NCBI GenBank assembly: GCA_027340875.1
Contig: DAIENX010000043.1
Location: 1-49,378, forward strand
Origin: Elusimicrobiota bacterium
GTDB lineage: Bacteria > Elusimicrobiota > Elusimicrobia > Elusimicrobiales > UBA9959
Length of the DNA: 49,378 nucleotides
Direction of reading: 5' to 3'
The number at the start of each line of letters is the position of its first letter. Positions within the stretch are counted from its first letter, which is position 1. This document shows positions 1 to 9,843 of this stretch, piece after piece. Under the pieces are notes generated by a model. That model was not told where the DNA came from. It did no database searches and saw only the letters and a list, made by a program, of their open reading frames with translations. The translations under genes were made by a program, and so were the position numbers.

Positions 1-684
1 GTGCAGACCGCCGCGGGACCCTGTCTTCACTATGCCGGCCACTATGGCGGCTATCATCACGAGCTTGAGGAACTGCACTGCCAGCAGGTCGAACAGGGTG
101 GTATGGCTCTGGTGGCGGAACAGGGGCCTGAAGCCGCCGAAGAAGAGGCCGAGGCCGCACATGCCGGCCATGGAGAGGAAGAACGCCCCGTGGTCGCGGT
201 TGACGAAGGGGCCGAAGGCCTGGCCGCGCACCTGGCGCAGACCGTAGACTATGGTATTGTCGCCCGTATGCTGCAGCGTGCCCATCAGGGCCACGAAGAC
301 GCCGACGCCGAATATGGTCCACAGCAGGCGGCTGAGCTGGGCCGGGGTCTTGATCGTCTTTGCCGCGGTGTACATTACGGCGGCATAGAAGAGCCAGAGT
401 ATGACGGCATTGAGGGTGGCTGGGCGCCAGGCGGTGAACAGCGTATGCGCGGGGCCGTTTATGGCCGCCTGCGTGAACGACTGGAGCAGGCCTATGACCA
501 CGGCCGCGAGAACGGCCGGCAGCAGGTTCCTGTAGATGGGGACAGCGTGGGCGTTCTCCCCCCTGGCGTAGGCCGACGCCGCGCCTAAGAAGAAAAGAGC
601 GTACAACGGCAGGTATGCCCAGGGCTCGACGGCCGCGAAGGCCAGCGGCGCGTAGGCCACGGCGATGAGCATCAGGGTTGCCAC
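1..684 (-). CDS. O-antigen ligase/Wzy-like membrane protein (3' end runs off window)
   Basis: Manual minus-strand translation from GTG at 684 is open to position 1. It has many hydrophobic helices plus GPFVNRDH and TGSRGG motifs typical of the O-antigen ligase family. Not in the supplied ORF track; the + ORF 1..588 is its shadow. Confidence 0.75.
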   Translation of the reverse strand, partial: MATLMLIAVAYAPLAFAAVEPWAYLPLYALFFLGAASAYARGENAHAVPIYRNLLPAVLAAVVIGLLQSFTQAAINGPAHTLFTAWRPATLNAVILWLFYAAVMYTAAKTIKTPAQLSRLLWTIFGVGVFVALMGTLQHTGDNTIVYGLRQVRGQAFGPFVNRDHGAFFLSMAGMCGLGLFFGGFRPLFRHQSHTTLFDLLAVQFLKLVMIAAIVAGIVKTGSRGGLH

Positions 685-724
685 GGTTAGATTTTATCAT
701 TTATGCGCGGGAGCGGTTGGAGGA

Positions 725-751
725 TGGATCCCGGCTTTCGCCGGGATGACG
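725..751. repeat. REP-like palindrome (GTCATCCCGGCGAAAGCCGGGATCCA on minus strand)
   Basis: ATCCCGGC-TTTC-GCCGGGAT hairpin followed by GACG. A second GGGATGACG occurs at 781-789. Confidence 0.45.
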
Positions 752-812
752 AGGGGATGCCGGGCTGGCGGAGGGAAGGCGGGATGACGCGGAAAATTGT
801 AAAATTATGGGG

Positions 813-1238
813 ATGAAAGTTCTTTTTGTTTGTACCGGCAACATGTGCAGGAGCCCCGCGGCCGAGAAGCTGCTGACGCATTACGGGAAGGACAAAGGCT
901 TCCAGGCGCGCTCGCGCGGGCTGGGCGTGCAGCCGAACTTCGGCCTGCACAAGAAGATGGCGGCGCTCCTGAAGGCCGAGGGCGTGGCGGACCTGGGCCA
1001 CAAGGCCTCTCTGGTCACCGAGCCCGACGTGGACTGGGCGGACCTCATACTGGTCATGGAGGAGGCCCAGCAGGACGCTCTGGGAGAGCTTTTCCCCCAG
1101 AGTCTGCGCAAGACCGAGCTGCTGCTGGAGCGCGGCGGCGCAAGCGGCGACCTGGAAGACCCGATGGGAAAGAGCGACGAGAAGTTTAAGGAAGTGTTCG
1201 GAAAGATCAGGGACGCGGTGAAGAAGCTGGTCGGTTAG
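813..1238 (+). CDS. Low molecular weight protein-tyrosine phosphatase
   Basis: VLFVCTGNMCRS active-site loop, ADLILVME and DP motif. Start could be 807 or 813. Confidence 0.92.
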   Translation: MKVLFVCTGNMCRSPAAEKLLTHYGKDKGFQARSRGLGVQPNFGLHKKMAALLKAEGVADLGHKASLVTEPDVDWADLILVMEEAQQDALGELFPQSLRKTELLLERGGASGDLEDPMGKSDEKFKEVFGKIRDAVKKLVG

Positions 1239-1267
1239 GCGGTTGTCTGACGACCTGACCGTCGGAC

Positions 1268-1304
1268 AAAAAAAGAAAGCCACCGGAAGGTGGCTTTCTT
1301 TTTT
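1268..1304. terminator. Bidirectional intrinsic terminator
   Basis: A-tract, GAAAGCCACC-GGAA-GGTGGCTTTC stem-loop and T-tract between convergent genes. Confidence 0.9.
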
Positions 1305-1320
1305 GCGCTGTTAGTTCCGC

Positions 1321-2487
1321 TTAGAACATCAGCTTCGCGCCAAGGGTGATCACGCTGTCGTTGAACTTGACGGAAGAGATGTTGGAGGAGCGGTCCTTGT
1401 AGAAGTAGCCCAGGTTCAGGCTCATCCACTTCTGGACGTTGTAGTCCGCGGTGATGCGGGCGGTGGTGAGGTCGTCCGCGCGCTTCTTGCCGGTGGTGAC
1501 CAGGCTGTTCTGCCTGTCGGAATAGGCCTGATGCTCGGCGCTGACTCCCACGCCAACCTTAACCTTGCGGACCATCCGGGAGACGGACAGGTCGGTGAGG
1601 GTGGTGGTGTAGTAGCGGGCGTCGCCGTAGTTGACCTCTACGTTTCCGCGCTTGGCGTACAGGGTGACGTCGGTCTTCTCTATGGGCATCCAGACGGTCT
1701 GCACGCTGTACTGCATGGTGCTGGCGGTGTTCTTGGCGTTGTTGAGGTCCTTATCGTACTTGCGGGACTGCATACCGGCCTTCACGGTGCCGGTCAGCTT
1801 GTTGGCCAGCTTGCCGGTGACGCCGAGGTCCACGTTGTTGTAGGTGGCGTCGTTGGTGTAGCCGCTCTGGTAGTTCAGCGTGCCGTACCTGTACGCCGCG
1901 AACAGCGTGGTCTTGGGCTGCAGCTTGTAACTGACGTCGAAGCCGGCCAGGAACTCCTCGCGGTCCAGCATGGAGTACGTCTTGGAGAAGTAGTTGTTGT
2001 AGTTATGATTGGCGGCCAGTGCGAAGCCGAAGTCGCCGCGAAGCGGGGCCTCCAGCTTGAAGCCGGCGTTGTTCTCCACGCGCAGGGCGCGGGCGATGAG
2101 GTCCGAGGTGGCCTGGTCCGTGGTCTGCTTGTACTTGTCGTCCACGGTCACGGTCATGTCCTTGGGCAGCTTGCCGGTGAAGGCCAGGCTGGCGTTGTGG
2201 TGGACCGCGTCATTGTTGGAGCGGTCTTTGGTGTAGTTGATGGTCTCCAGCATGTAGCCGGCCTTCAGGTCGTAGCGGGAGCCGAGGTTCTCCACCAGGT
2301 CCACGCCGAGGTTGGTGCGGGTGATGTAGGAGCTCTTCTTGCCGTTGGGGACCAGGTAGATGTTGCTGTCGCGGCTCTCGGTCACGCCCGCGTAGGGGTT
2401 GATGTCGAGGTTGCCGATCTTCATGTTCTGCTGAGCGCCTGCATAAGCCGGCGCCAGGAGTATTGCCGCTATAAGAATGTTCTTCAT
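1321..2487 (-). CDS. Outer-membrane beta-barrel protein (polysaccharide-export-associated type)
   Basis: Signal peptide, early DSNIY motif, alternating beta-strand pattern with many Tyr, C-terminal Phe (LGAKLMF). AGGAG RBS upstream. Confidence 0.75.
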   Translation of the reverse strand: MKNILIAAILLAPAYAGAQQNMKIGNLDINPYAGVTESRDSNIYLVPNGKKSSYITRTNLGVDLVENLGSRYDLKAGYMLETINYTKDRSNNDAVHHNASLAFTGKLPKDMTVTVDDKYKQTTDQATSDLIARALRVENNAGFKLEAPLRGDFGFALAANHNYNNYFSKTYSMLDREEFLAGFDVSYKLQPKTTLFAAYRYGTLNYQSGYTNDATYNNVDLGVTGKLANKLTGTVKAGMQSRKYDKDLNNAKNTASTMQYSVQTVWMPIEKTDVTLYAKRGNVEVNYGDARYYTTTLTDLSVSRMVRKVKVGVGVSAEHQAYSDRQNSLVTTGKKRADDLTTARITADYNVQKWMSLNLGYFYKDRSSNISSVKFNDSVITLGAKLMF

Positions 2488-2526
2488 TAATATGTCTCCT
2501 TAAAAAAGTTAAAGTTTATTCCGCGC

Positions 2527-3186
2527 TTACGGGTTGGAAGCGCTGACCTCGCCGGACTCCTGGACCACCTGGGTCTCGGGAACGGTGACGGTCTGCGGGG
2601 GCTCCACTACGGTCTCGGCGACCTCGGCCTCGGTCTCGGTCTTGGCCTCGGTCCTGGTCTGGACCTGGGTCTGGACGGCCCCGGGGGCGGAAGGCACGGC
2701 CACGGACTGGCCCGCGGACACGGTCTTAGTGTCGCCGCCGGAGGCATTGGTGACCACCGCGCTGCCCTTGGTGACGGATATCTGCACGGTGCCGTTGGTC
2801 TTGGCCATGGAGACCTCGCTGTTGGAGGTCATGACCACGTTGTTGCCGGACTCGGTCTTAACGGCTACCGGGGTGCCGGCGGCCACGGCCACGCTGACCT
2901 GCGCGCCGGAAGCGGCAACGGTGAAGTTGCTGCCGGTGGCGGCGGTGACGGTCTTGCCGCCCACCTGCACCTCTATGGTGCCGTCAACTATGGAGAAGGA
3001 CACGGAGGTGTCGGTGATCTCGGGGATAGCGTCGCCCGGCTTGAGGACCATCACTACCTGCCCGTCCTTCATTATGTTCACGGTGCCGGTCACCTTGGTG
3101 ATCTTTATAGCGGCCGGAGCCTGCGCGAAAGCGCTGGCGGCGAAGGCCGTTATGAACGCTGCTACCAGTAACTTGGACAATTTCAT
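2527..3186 (-). CDS. Exported FecR-like beta-rich protein
   Basis: Signal peptide (AFAQA), KVTGTV, ISVTKGSAVV and VSAGQSV motifs resembling FecR domains, acidic tail. GGAGG RBS before ATG 3186. Confidence 0.55.
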   Translation of the reverse strand: MKLSKLLVAAFITAFAASAFAQAPAAIKITKVTGTVNIMKDGQVVMVLKPGDAIPEITDTSVSFSIVDGTIEVQVGGKTVTAATGSNFTVAASGAQVSVAVAAGTPVAVKTESGNNVVMTSNSEVSMAKTNGTVQISVTKGSAVVTNASGGDTKTVSAGQSVAVPSAPGAVQTQVQTRTEAKTETEAEVAETVVEPPQTVTVPETQVVQESGEVSASNP

Positions 3187-3222
3187 GTCTTCCTCCCTAA
3201 AATATTCGCTCAATCAAGGAAA

Positions 3223-3251
3223 ATCATAACAAGTATATTTTCCTTTGTCAA
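3223..3251 (-). promoter_or_regulatory. sigma70-type promoter for FecR-like/barrel genes
   Basis: TTGACA-N17-TATGAT on the minus strand. Confidence 0.75.
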
Positions 3252-3287
3252 CACCTATATATATTATTCGACGCCACGACGGGAACG

Positions 3288-3315
3288 TTGACAGTTTTGT
3301 GAGATTTGGTAAAAT
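3288..3315 (+). promoter_or_regulatory. sigma70-type promoter, probably leaderless transcript
   Basis: TTGACA-N16-TAAAAT with TG extension; ATG lies 7 nt downstream. Confidence 0.7.
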
Positions 3316-3322
3316 TCAGTTT

Positions 3323-4330
3323 ATGAAAATTCTCCGATTACTGCTGCTCCTGGCCTTTTCCGCCCCGGCTTCGGCCGGGGACTTCCCTGTCTGCTTCTAC
3401 GGCATAAGCTCCCCCGCGGAGCTGGGCCGCCTCAAGGAGGCCGGCTTCAATTGCTTCCAGACCTACGCGCAGGACCCGGCCAGGCTGGCCGGCCTGGCGG
3501 CCGAGGCGAAGCGACTTAAGCTGAAGATGGTGGCCTACCCGGACCTGGTAATAGGTTCCTCTTATGAGAAAGAGGCGCGGCGCTGGCCCATGCTGGCCTG
3601 GTATCTGTTCGATGAGCCGGAAGTGAAGAAGCTGGGGACGGAAAAGCTGCAGGCCCTGGACAAGCGGGTCAGGGACTGGGACAAAGGGCAGAGGACGGTC
3701 TTCGTGATGGGCGAGGGCGTGGCGGCCTTCACCTACGGCGGCACGGCCGACGCGCTGATGGTGGACTGGTACCCGGTGCCGCACCTGCCGCTGAACTCGG
3801 TGGGCGAACAGGTGGCCATGGCGAAGGCCGGGGCCGCGATAAAGGACCCTATAAGGAAGAACAAGCCGCTCTGGGCCGTGCTGCAGGCCTTCGACTGGAT
3901 CAACTACCCGCAGCGCCGCAAGCCGCGCGTGGGAGGTTTCCCCACCTTCGCCCAGGTGCGCTATATGACCTATCTGGCGCTCGCCCGCGGAGCGGACGGG
4001 GTCTTCTATTTCACCTATAACGGCTCGGACGGCATACCGCTGCCGGAGCGCCCGGAGCGCTGGAACACCTACCAGCGCATGGGTTCGGAGCTCGCCCAAC
4101 TGGCCCCCGTCTTCAGCAAAGGCCGGCCGGCCGATCTGCCGGAGGGCCTGGACAAGCGCTTAGCCGCGCGGGCAATAAGGAAGGGCTGGCGCAAGTTCCT
4201 TATACTGGCCAACCCGGAGGCCGTACCCCTGCCGCTGGACGCGGTGAAGAAGTGGCGGCCGCTTTTCGAGGAGAGCCGCTACCTGCCGGATTCTCTCCCC
4301 CCGCAGGCGGCACTTGTGCTGGAAGACTAG
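3323..4330 (+). CDS. Exported hypothetical protein, glycoside-hydrolase-like TIM barrel
   Basis: Signal peptide MKILRLLLLLAFSAPASA; AGFN, WYLFDEP, DWYPVP and GADGVFYF segments resemble GH-A-like barrels. Confidence 0.55.
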   Translation: MKILRLLLLLAFSAPASAGDFPVCFYGISSPAELGRLKEAGFNCFQTYAQDPARLAGLAAEAKRLKLKMVAYPDLVIGSSYEKEARRWPMLAWYLFDEPEVKKLGTEKLQALDKRVRDWDKGQRTVFVMGEGVAAFTYGGTADALMVDWYPVPHLPLNSVGEQVAMAKAGAAIKDPIRKNKPLWAVLQAFDWINYPQRRKPRVGGFPTFAQVRYMTYLALARGADGVFYFTYNGSDGIPLPERPERWNTYQRMGSELAQLAPVFSKGRPADLPEGLDKRLAARAIRKGWRKFLILANPEAVPLPLDAVKKWRPLFEESRYLPDSLPPQAALVLED

Positions 4331-4343
4331 GCCAGCTGTCCTT

Positions 4344-4381
4344 AAAAGAAAGAACCCGGCTTTTAGGCCGGGTTCTTTTTT
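4344..4381. terminator. Bidirectional intrinsic terminator
   Basis: AGAACCCGGC stem with GCCGGGTTCT, flanked by A/T tracts, between convergent genes. Confidence 0.88.
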
Positions 4382-4395
4382 GCGTCCGGTACGGT

Positions 4396-6174
4396 TCAGC
4401 CGGCGTAAGGGCTGACCAGGGCGCGGGTCCTGGCTTCCTCTCCGGCCTTAGCCACGAACTCCGCGCGGTTCACGCCGAAGACGCTCTTGTTGCCGCGCAT
4501 GCGCAGGGTCACCGTGCCGGCGTCCTTCTCTTTCTTGCCCACCACCACGAGATACGGGATCTTGTGAGTGGCTGCGTCGCGCACCTTTGCGTTGATGGTG
4601 TCGTTGCGCAGGTCGGTCTCCACGCGCAGGCCGGCGGCCTTCAGCAGGTCGGCGGTCTCCTTCGCGTAGCCCTCCTCCTCGGAGGTGATGTTGAGCACCC
4701 TGCACTGCGCGGGCGCCAGCCACAGCGGGAAGTTCCCGGCGAAATGCTCTATCAGGAAGCCGATGAAGCGCTCGTGCGTGCCGAGCGGCGCGCGGTGTAT
4801 GCACAGCGGGGTCTTCTCGGCGCCGTCGGCGTCCTTGTAATGCAGGTTGAAGCGGCCGGGCACGGCGAAGTCCACCTGGTTGGTGGCCAGCGTGAACTCC
4901 TTGCCTATCGCGCTCCAGACCTGCACGTCTATCTTGGGGCCGTAGAACGCGGCCTCGTTGGGGATCTCCTTGTACGGGATCTTCCCCTCGTCGAGCGCGG
5001 CGCGCACCATCTTCTCGGTCTTCTGCCACAGCTCGGGGTTGTCCACGTACTTCTTGCCCAGGCCCTCGGCCGCGTGCGTGCTGAAGCGCATCAGGTACTT
5101 CTCTATGCCGAAGAGCTTGAAGTAGCCCAGGTACATGCGACAGACGGCCATGAACTCGTCGGCGAACTGCTCGGGCGTGCAGTAGATGTGCGCGTCGTTC
5201 ATCTGCATGGAGCGCACGCGCATCAGGCCGAACAGCTCTCCGGACTGCTCGTAGCGGTAGCAGGTGCCGTACTCGGCCAGGCGTACCGGCAGGTCGCGGT
5301 AGCTGCGCGGCTTGGCGTCGAAGATCTTGTGGTGGTGCGGGCAGTTCATCGGCTTGATGTAGTACTTCTGCCCGTCTATCTCCATCGCGGGGAACATGCT
5401 CTCGGTGTAATGCTCGAGGTGGCCGCTCTTCCTGTACATCGACTCCTTGCAGAGGTGCGGCGTCTTGACGCGGAGGTAGCCGTCGGCGGCCTCGGTCTCC
5501 TTGGCCAGGCGCTCGAGCTCCTCTATCATCACCCCGCCGGCGGGCAGCCACAGCGGCAGGCCGGGGCCCACGTCGTCGTCGAAGGTGTAGATCTCCAGCT
5601 GCTTGCCCAGCTTGCGGTGGTCGCGCTTGGCGGCCTCCTCCTGCTGCTTGAGGTAGGCGTCCAGCTCCGCCTGCGTCTCGAAGGCCACGCCGTAGATGCG
5701 CTGCAGCATGGGGCGCTTCTCGTCGCCGCGCCAGTAGGCGCCGGCGATGGACGTGAGCTTGAAGGCCTTCAGCTTGCCGGTGTGCTCCACGTGCGGGCCC
5801 TTGCAGAGGTCCTCGAACGGGCCGCTCTTGTAGATGCTGATGACCGAGCCCTCGGGCAGGTCGTTGATGAGCTCCACCTTGAACTTCTCGCCCTTGGCCT
5901 CGAAATGCTTCAGCGCCTCGGCGCGCGGGATCTCCACGCGCTCGAACTTGTGCGCGGCGCCCATGATGTGCTTCATCTTCTTCTCTATCTTGGGCAGGTC
6001 TTCGGGAGTGAAATGGTGCTCGGTGGCGAAATCGTAGTAGAAACCGTTGTCTATGGCCGGGCCTATGCCGAACTTCACGTCCGGGAACAGGTCCAGCACG
6101 GCCTCCGCCATCACGTGCGCGAACGAGTGGCGCATCTTGTGCAGGTTGTCGTTTTCGTTGTGTTCTTCAGCCAT
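4396..6174 (-). CDS. thrS: Threonine--tRNA ligase
   Basis: RHSFAH, DLCKGPH, AGAYWRGDEK, RDHRKLG, KPMNCP, AAFYGPKID and HRAPLG motifs; lacks the N-terminal TGS domain. Confidence 0.98.
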   Translation of the reverse strand: MAEEHNENDNLHKMRHSFAHVMAEAVLDLFPDVKFGIGPAIDNGFYYDFATEHHFTPEDLPKIEKKMKHIMGAAHKFERVEIPRAEALKHFEAKGEKFKVELINDLPEGSVISIYKSGPFEDLCKGPHVEHTGKLKAFKLTSIAGAYWRGDEKRPMLQRIYGVAFETQAELDAYLKQQEEAAKRDHRKLGKQLEIYTFDDDVGPGLPLWLPAGGVMIEELERLAKETEAADGYLRVKTPHLCKESMYRKSGHLEHYTESMFPAMEIDGQKYYIKPMNCPHHHKIFDAKPRSYRDLPVRLAEYGTCYRYEQSGELFGLMRVRSMQMNDAHIYCTPEQFADEFMAVCRMYLGYFKLFGIEKYLMRFSTHAAEGLGKKYVDNPELWQKTEKMVRAALDEGKIPYKEIPNEAAFYGPKIDVQVWSAIGKEFTLATNQVDFAVPGRFNLHYKDADGAEKTPLCIHRAPLGTHERFIGFLIEHFAGNFPLWLAPAQCRVLNITSEEEGYAKETADLLKAAGLRVETDLRNDTINAKVRDAATHKIPYLVVVGKKEKDAGTVTLRMRGNKSVFGVNRAEFVAKAGEEARTRALVSPYAG

Positions 6175-6189
6175 GTCCTCATCCCTTCA

Positions 6190-6248
6190 AAAAGGTACCA
6201 GGTACCTTTTGATCACTCCGCCTGCAAAAAGGTACCAGGTACCTTTTT
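6190..6248. repeat. Pair of REP-like palindromes AAAAGGTACCAGGTACCTTTT
   Basis: Copies at 6190-6210 and 6226-6248, identical in core to the palindromes flanking the transposase at 16.3-17.0 kb. Confidence 0.9.
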
Positions 6249-6309
6249 AATGGGGAGGCCCGCCGGTTCCCGTTTTACGGGTTCCAACGGGCCCTGCTCT
6301 CTTTAAATC

Positions 6310-6384
6310 TGGTGCCCAGTATAGGGATCGAACCTATGACCTTTCCCATGTCAAGGGAACGCGCTACCGCTGCGCCAACTGGGC
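6310..6384 (-). tRNA. tRNA-Val(GAC)
   Basis: Acceptor stem GCCCAGT/ACTGGGC, discriminator A plus encoded CCA, anticodon arm TTCCC-TTGACAT-GGGAA, T-loop GTTCGAT. Confidence 0.96.
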
Positions 6385-6401
6385 CTGTACCGCCTATTAT
6401 A

Positions 6402-6806
6402 CTACTTTTTCGCCCGGTACGTGGCCGTGATGACGGAGGACAGGCCGCCGCGGGGCGTAAAATCGCCGGTGACGGTGCAGGACTTCGGCCTGCAGGCCTT
6501 CACCACGTCGTCCAGCACGCGGTTGGCTATGTTCTCCATGAAGATGCCGCAGTTGCGGTACTGCAGGAAGTAGTACTTGAGGCTCTTCAGCTCGAGACAG
6601 GTCTTGGCCGGCACGTACTCTATGGTCACCGTGCCGAAGTCCGGCAGGCCGGTCTTCGGGCAGACCGAGGTGAACTCGGGATGCTCTATCATGATGGTGT
6701 AGTCGCGCCGGTACTGGTTGGGCCAGGTCTCGATGGCCGGCAGCTTTATCCTGTGCGGGGTGGCCGCGTGCTCGGAAGTATAGCCCATCGTGGTCTTGGT
6801 CTTCAT
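6402..6806 (-). CDS. queF: preQ1 synthase (7-cyano-7-deazaguanine reductase)
   Basis: PEFTSVCPKTGLPDFG, ELKSLKYY and FTPRGG motifs. Confidence 0.96.
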   Translation of the reverse strand: MKTKTTMGYTSEHAATPHRIKLPAIETWPNQYRRDYTIMIEHPEFTSVCPKTGLPDFGTVTIEYVPAKTCLELKSLKYYFLQYRNCGIFMENIANRVLDDVVKACRPKSCTVTGDFTPRGGLSSVITATYRAKK

Positions 6807-6815
6807 TGCGTTCTC

Positions 6816-9011
6816 CTAGATCTTGCGCTTGAGGCGCAGGGAATTCATGACTACGGAAAGGGAGCTCAGCGCCATGGCGGCGCCGGCGGCGGAGGGCGGT
6901 ATCAGCACCCCCCACTTCGGGTAGAAGGCGCCGGCAGCGAGAGGTATCAGCACCACGTTGTAGGCGAAGGCCCACGCGAGGTTCTGCTTTATCACGCGGC
7001 GTATGGCCTTGGAGATCTTCACTGCGGTGATCACCGAGCGGAGGTCGTTGTGCATCAGCGTGATGTCGCTGGCCTGCGCGGCCACGTCGGTGCCGGAGCG
7101 CATGGCCATGCCTATGTCGGCCTCCGACAGCGCCGGAGCGTCGTTGAAGCCGTCGCCCACCATGGCGGTGCGCTTGCCCAGCGCCTTGTAGCGCATCACC
7201 AGTTGCCGCTTCTCCTCCGGGAACACCTCGCCGTGGAAGTTCTTTATGCCCACCTCGCCGGCGGTCTTGGCCACCACGGACTGCCTGTCGCCGGAGGCCA
7301 TCACGGGCTCTATGCCCATGGCCTCCAGTTCCTTCACCAGGCCGGCCGCCTCGGGACGGAGCGCGTCGGCCAGCGCGGCGTAGCCGGCGAAAGCGCCGTC
7401 CAGCGCCACCAGCAGCATGGAGGCCGGGGAGGCCAGTATCTCATCCCGGGCGGCCTGCGGAAGTTTCACGCCCAGCTCCTCGAACCACTTGAAGCTGCCG
7501 ACAAGTATCTCGCCGTCCTCGGAGACCACGCGCACGCCCTTGCCGGGGACGGCCTCGAAAGAGTTCATCGCCGCCGGGGCCACGCCGGCCTCGCGCGCCT
7601 TCTGGCGCACGGCCTCGGCGAACGGATGCTCGGAGCGCTGCTCGGCCGTGGCCAGCAGGCGCAGGAAGTCCTTACCGTTCTTCTCAGGGTACAGGCCGTC
7701 CAGGTGCAGGCGGCCCTCGGTGACCGTGCCGGTCTTGTCGAAGATGACCACGTCCACGCCGCTGACGCGCTCGAGCACGTCGGCGTTGCGGATCAGGATG
7801 CCCGCGCCGGCCGCCTTGCCGAAGCCCACGGCCACGGCCATCGGAACGGCCAGACCCATAGCGCACGGGCAGGCCACCGCCAGTACGGCCGCGAAGATGC
7901 TCACGAAGCGCGCCGGGCCGGCGCCGTAGTAAAGCCAGAGCCCCGCGGAGGCGGCGGCCAGCAGCAGTACGGCCGGCACGAACCAGGCGGAGATGCGGTC
8001 CACCAGGTGCTGCACCGCGCTTTTCTCGGCCTGGCTCTCCTCCACCGCTTTGATGATCTTCATCAGCACGGTGCCCTCACCCACGCCCTCGGCCGTGAAC
8101 TCCAGCGCGCCGGTCTTGTTGATAGTTCCGGCGTAGACGCGCGAGCCGGCCTGCTTCTCGGCCGGCACGGATTCCCCGGTCAGCAGGCTCTAGTCGATGG
8201 CGGAATCTCCGGAGACCACGCTGCCGTCCACCGGCACCTGTTCGCCGGGGCGCAGCAGGATGCGGTCCCCGGGCATTATCTCCTCCACCGGGACGGTCTC
8301 TTCCTTCTCCCCGGCCAGGCGCCGGGCGAACTTGGGGGCGATCTTGAAGAGGTTGGCCACGGCCTCGCCGGCCTTGGCCTTGGAGCGGGCCTCCAGCCAG
8401 CGGCCGAAGTTGATGAAAGTGATCAGCATCCCGACCTCGTGCCACTGGGCGTGGTAATGGAGGCCGACCGGCTCCCCCACGGTGACGTAGACGCCGTAGA
8501 GGAAGGTGGAAGTGGTGGAAAGCGAGACCAGCGAGTTCATGTCGGCAGTCCACGCCTTCAGCGCGCGGATGAAGCCCTGGTGGAAATGCTTGCCGGCGAA
8601 CCACCAGGTGGCCGCGGCGACGAACATCATGGTGTACGGGGAGAGGTCCACTGCGTCCGAGGTGAGCATCAGCGCCGTCAGCGCCAGCGCCAGCAGGAAG
8701 CGGGTGAAGAACATGTTCTTCTCGCGGTCCAGCTCCTGGAGGGCCGTATTCTCAGCGGAGACGGAGGACTCGGAGAAGGCCAGGGCCTTGTAGCCCAGCT
8801 CCTCGATGCGGGTGGTGATGGCGTCCTTGCCGGCCTGGTCCGGGTCGTAGGAGACGAAGGCCGTGCGCGAAGGCAGGTTGACCGATACGCGGCTCAGGCC
8901 CGGCACCGAGGAGAGGCCGGTCTCGAGGCGGGCCACGCAGGAGGCGCAGTGCACCCCCTCCAGCGGGATGACGGCCTTCTTCAGTTTCGCCGCAGTCGCC
9001 GTGTCGTCCAT
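6816..9011 (-). pseudogene. copA: Cu(I)-type P1B ATPase interrupted by one in-frame TAG at 8190-8192
   Basis: N-terminal GVHCASC metal-binding domain, CPC, DKTGT, SEHP, GDGFNDAPAL, YN and MALSS motifs. Supplied ORFs 8190..9119 and 6816..8168 are in the same frame, joined by AID-stop-SLLTGES where DESLLTGES is expected. Confidence 0.85.
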
Positions 9012-9027
9012 AAAGCTCCAGCGCCGC

Positions 9028-9843
9028 TTAGCGCTGCACCTCCAGCTTCCAGGAAGTCTCCACGTCGGAGAACTTGCTCCAGAGGCCGGTGTAGGTCTCC
9101 GCCAGCGCCCGGTCCACATCGGCCCCGTCGCGCAGTTTGGTCAGGAAGATGGAGAAATTGAACGAGCCGCCCCGCCGGATCAGGAACGAGACCACGGACC
9201 AGACCTGGGCGTACCAGCGGTCCACGTCCTTCTGGCTCTCGGTCTGCGGGGCCAGGTTCACCATCTGCGAGAAAGGTATCGGATTATCGGCCACCGTGGC
9301 GGCCACCCGGCCGGCGTAGATGCCGGCGTCGGCGACGTCGGCGCGGGTCTCCTCGTAGACGGCCGCGCCTTCGTTGAGCCAGCGCAGGTGCGAGGCCTGC
9401 GACAGGCCCATGAACTCGTTGAAGACCAGGTGCGTCATCTCGTGCGCTATGATGGCCCCCTGCCCCTGTCCCTCGAAGAGCAGCAACGCGTTGCCGTAGG
9501 CCGCGCCCCCCGACCAGTCAGGCTGGCCGGTCTTCCTGTGGAACTCGTCGGCGTCCTTATAGACCATCACGTTGTACGGACGCGCCGGCACGAAGGAGTA
9601 GAGCCCCAGGTCCTGCATGATGCGGGTATAGTTCTCCTCGCAGAGCGACGCGTACAGCGCCGCGGTCGGAGAGGAGTACGCCTTGACGACGAAATGCGCG
9701 GTCTCCTCCGTCTTAAAGCCCGGGTCCAGCCCCTGGAACGGCGACTCCACCGGCTGAGGCACGGCGGCCGCCGGCGCGGAGCCGGTGGGGACGTCCACGC
9801 AGGCGCAGAGGAAGAGCAGCGGCAGGGCCGGCAGCAGGCGCAT
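9028..9843 (-). CDS. Putative lipoprotein, peptidase MA-like zinc metallopeptidase domain
   Basis: Lipoprotein-like signal (LFLCAC), HEMTH zinc motif and downstream WLNEG. Confidence 0.75.
   Translation of the reverse strand: MRLLPALPLLFLCACVDVPTGSAPAAAVPQPVESPFQGLDPGFKTEETAHFVVKAYSSPTAALYASLCEENYTRIMQDLGLYSFVPARPYNVMVYKDADEFHRKTGQPDWSGGAAYGNALLLFEGQGQGAIIAHEMTHLVFNEFMGLSQASHLRWLNEGAAVYEETRADVADAGIYAGRVAATVADNPIPFSQMVNLAPQTESQKDVDRWYAQVWSVVSFLIRRGGSFNFSIFLTKLRDGADVDRALAETYTGLWSKFSDVETSWKLEVQR

Noticed and set aside
6175..6309. T-box riboswitch upstream of thrS
   Set aside because: The region is short, occupied by the palindromes, and lacks a T-box consensus apart from the tRNA end itself.
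6402..6818. copA-queF read-through fusion (same frame across TAG); likewise kinase-motA at 21651-21670
   Set aside because: Each downstream gene has its own RBS and ATG; a shared frame is expected by chance one time in three.
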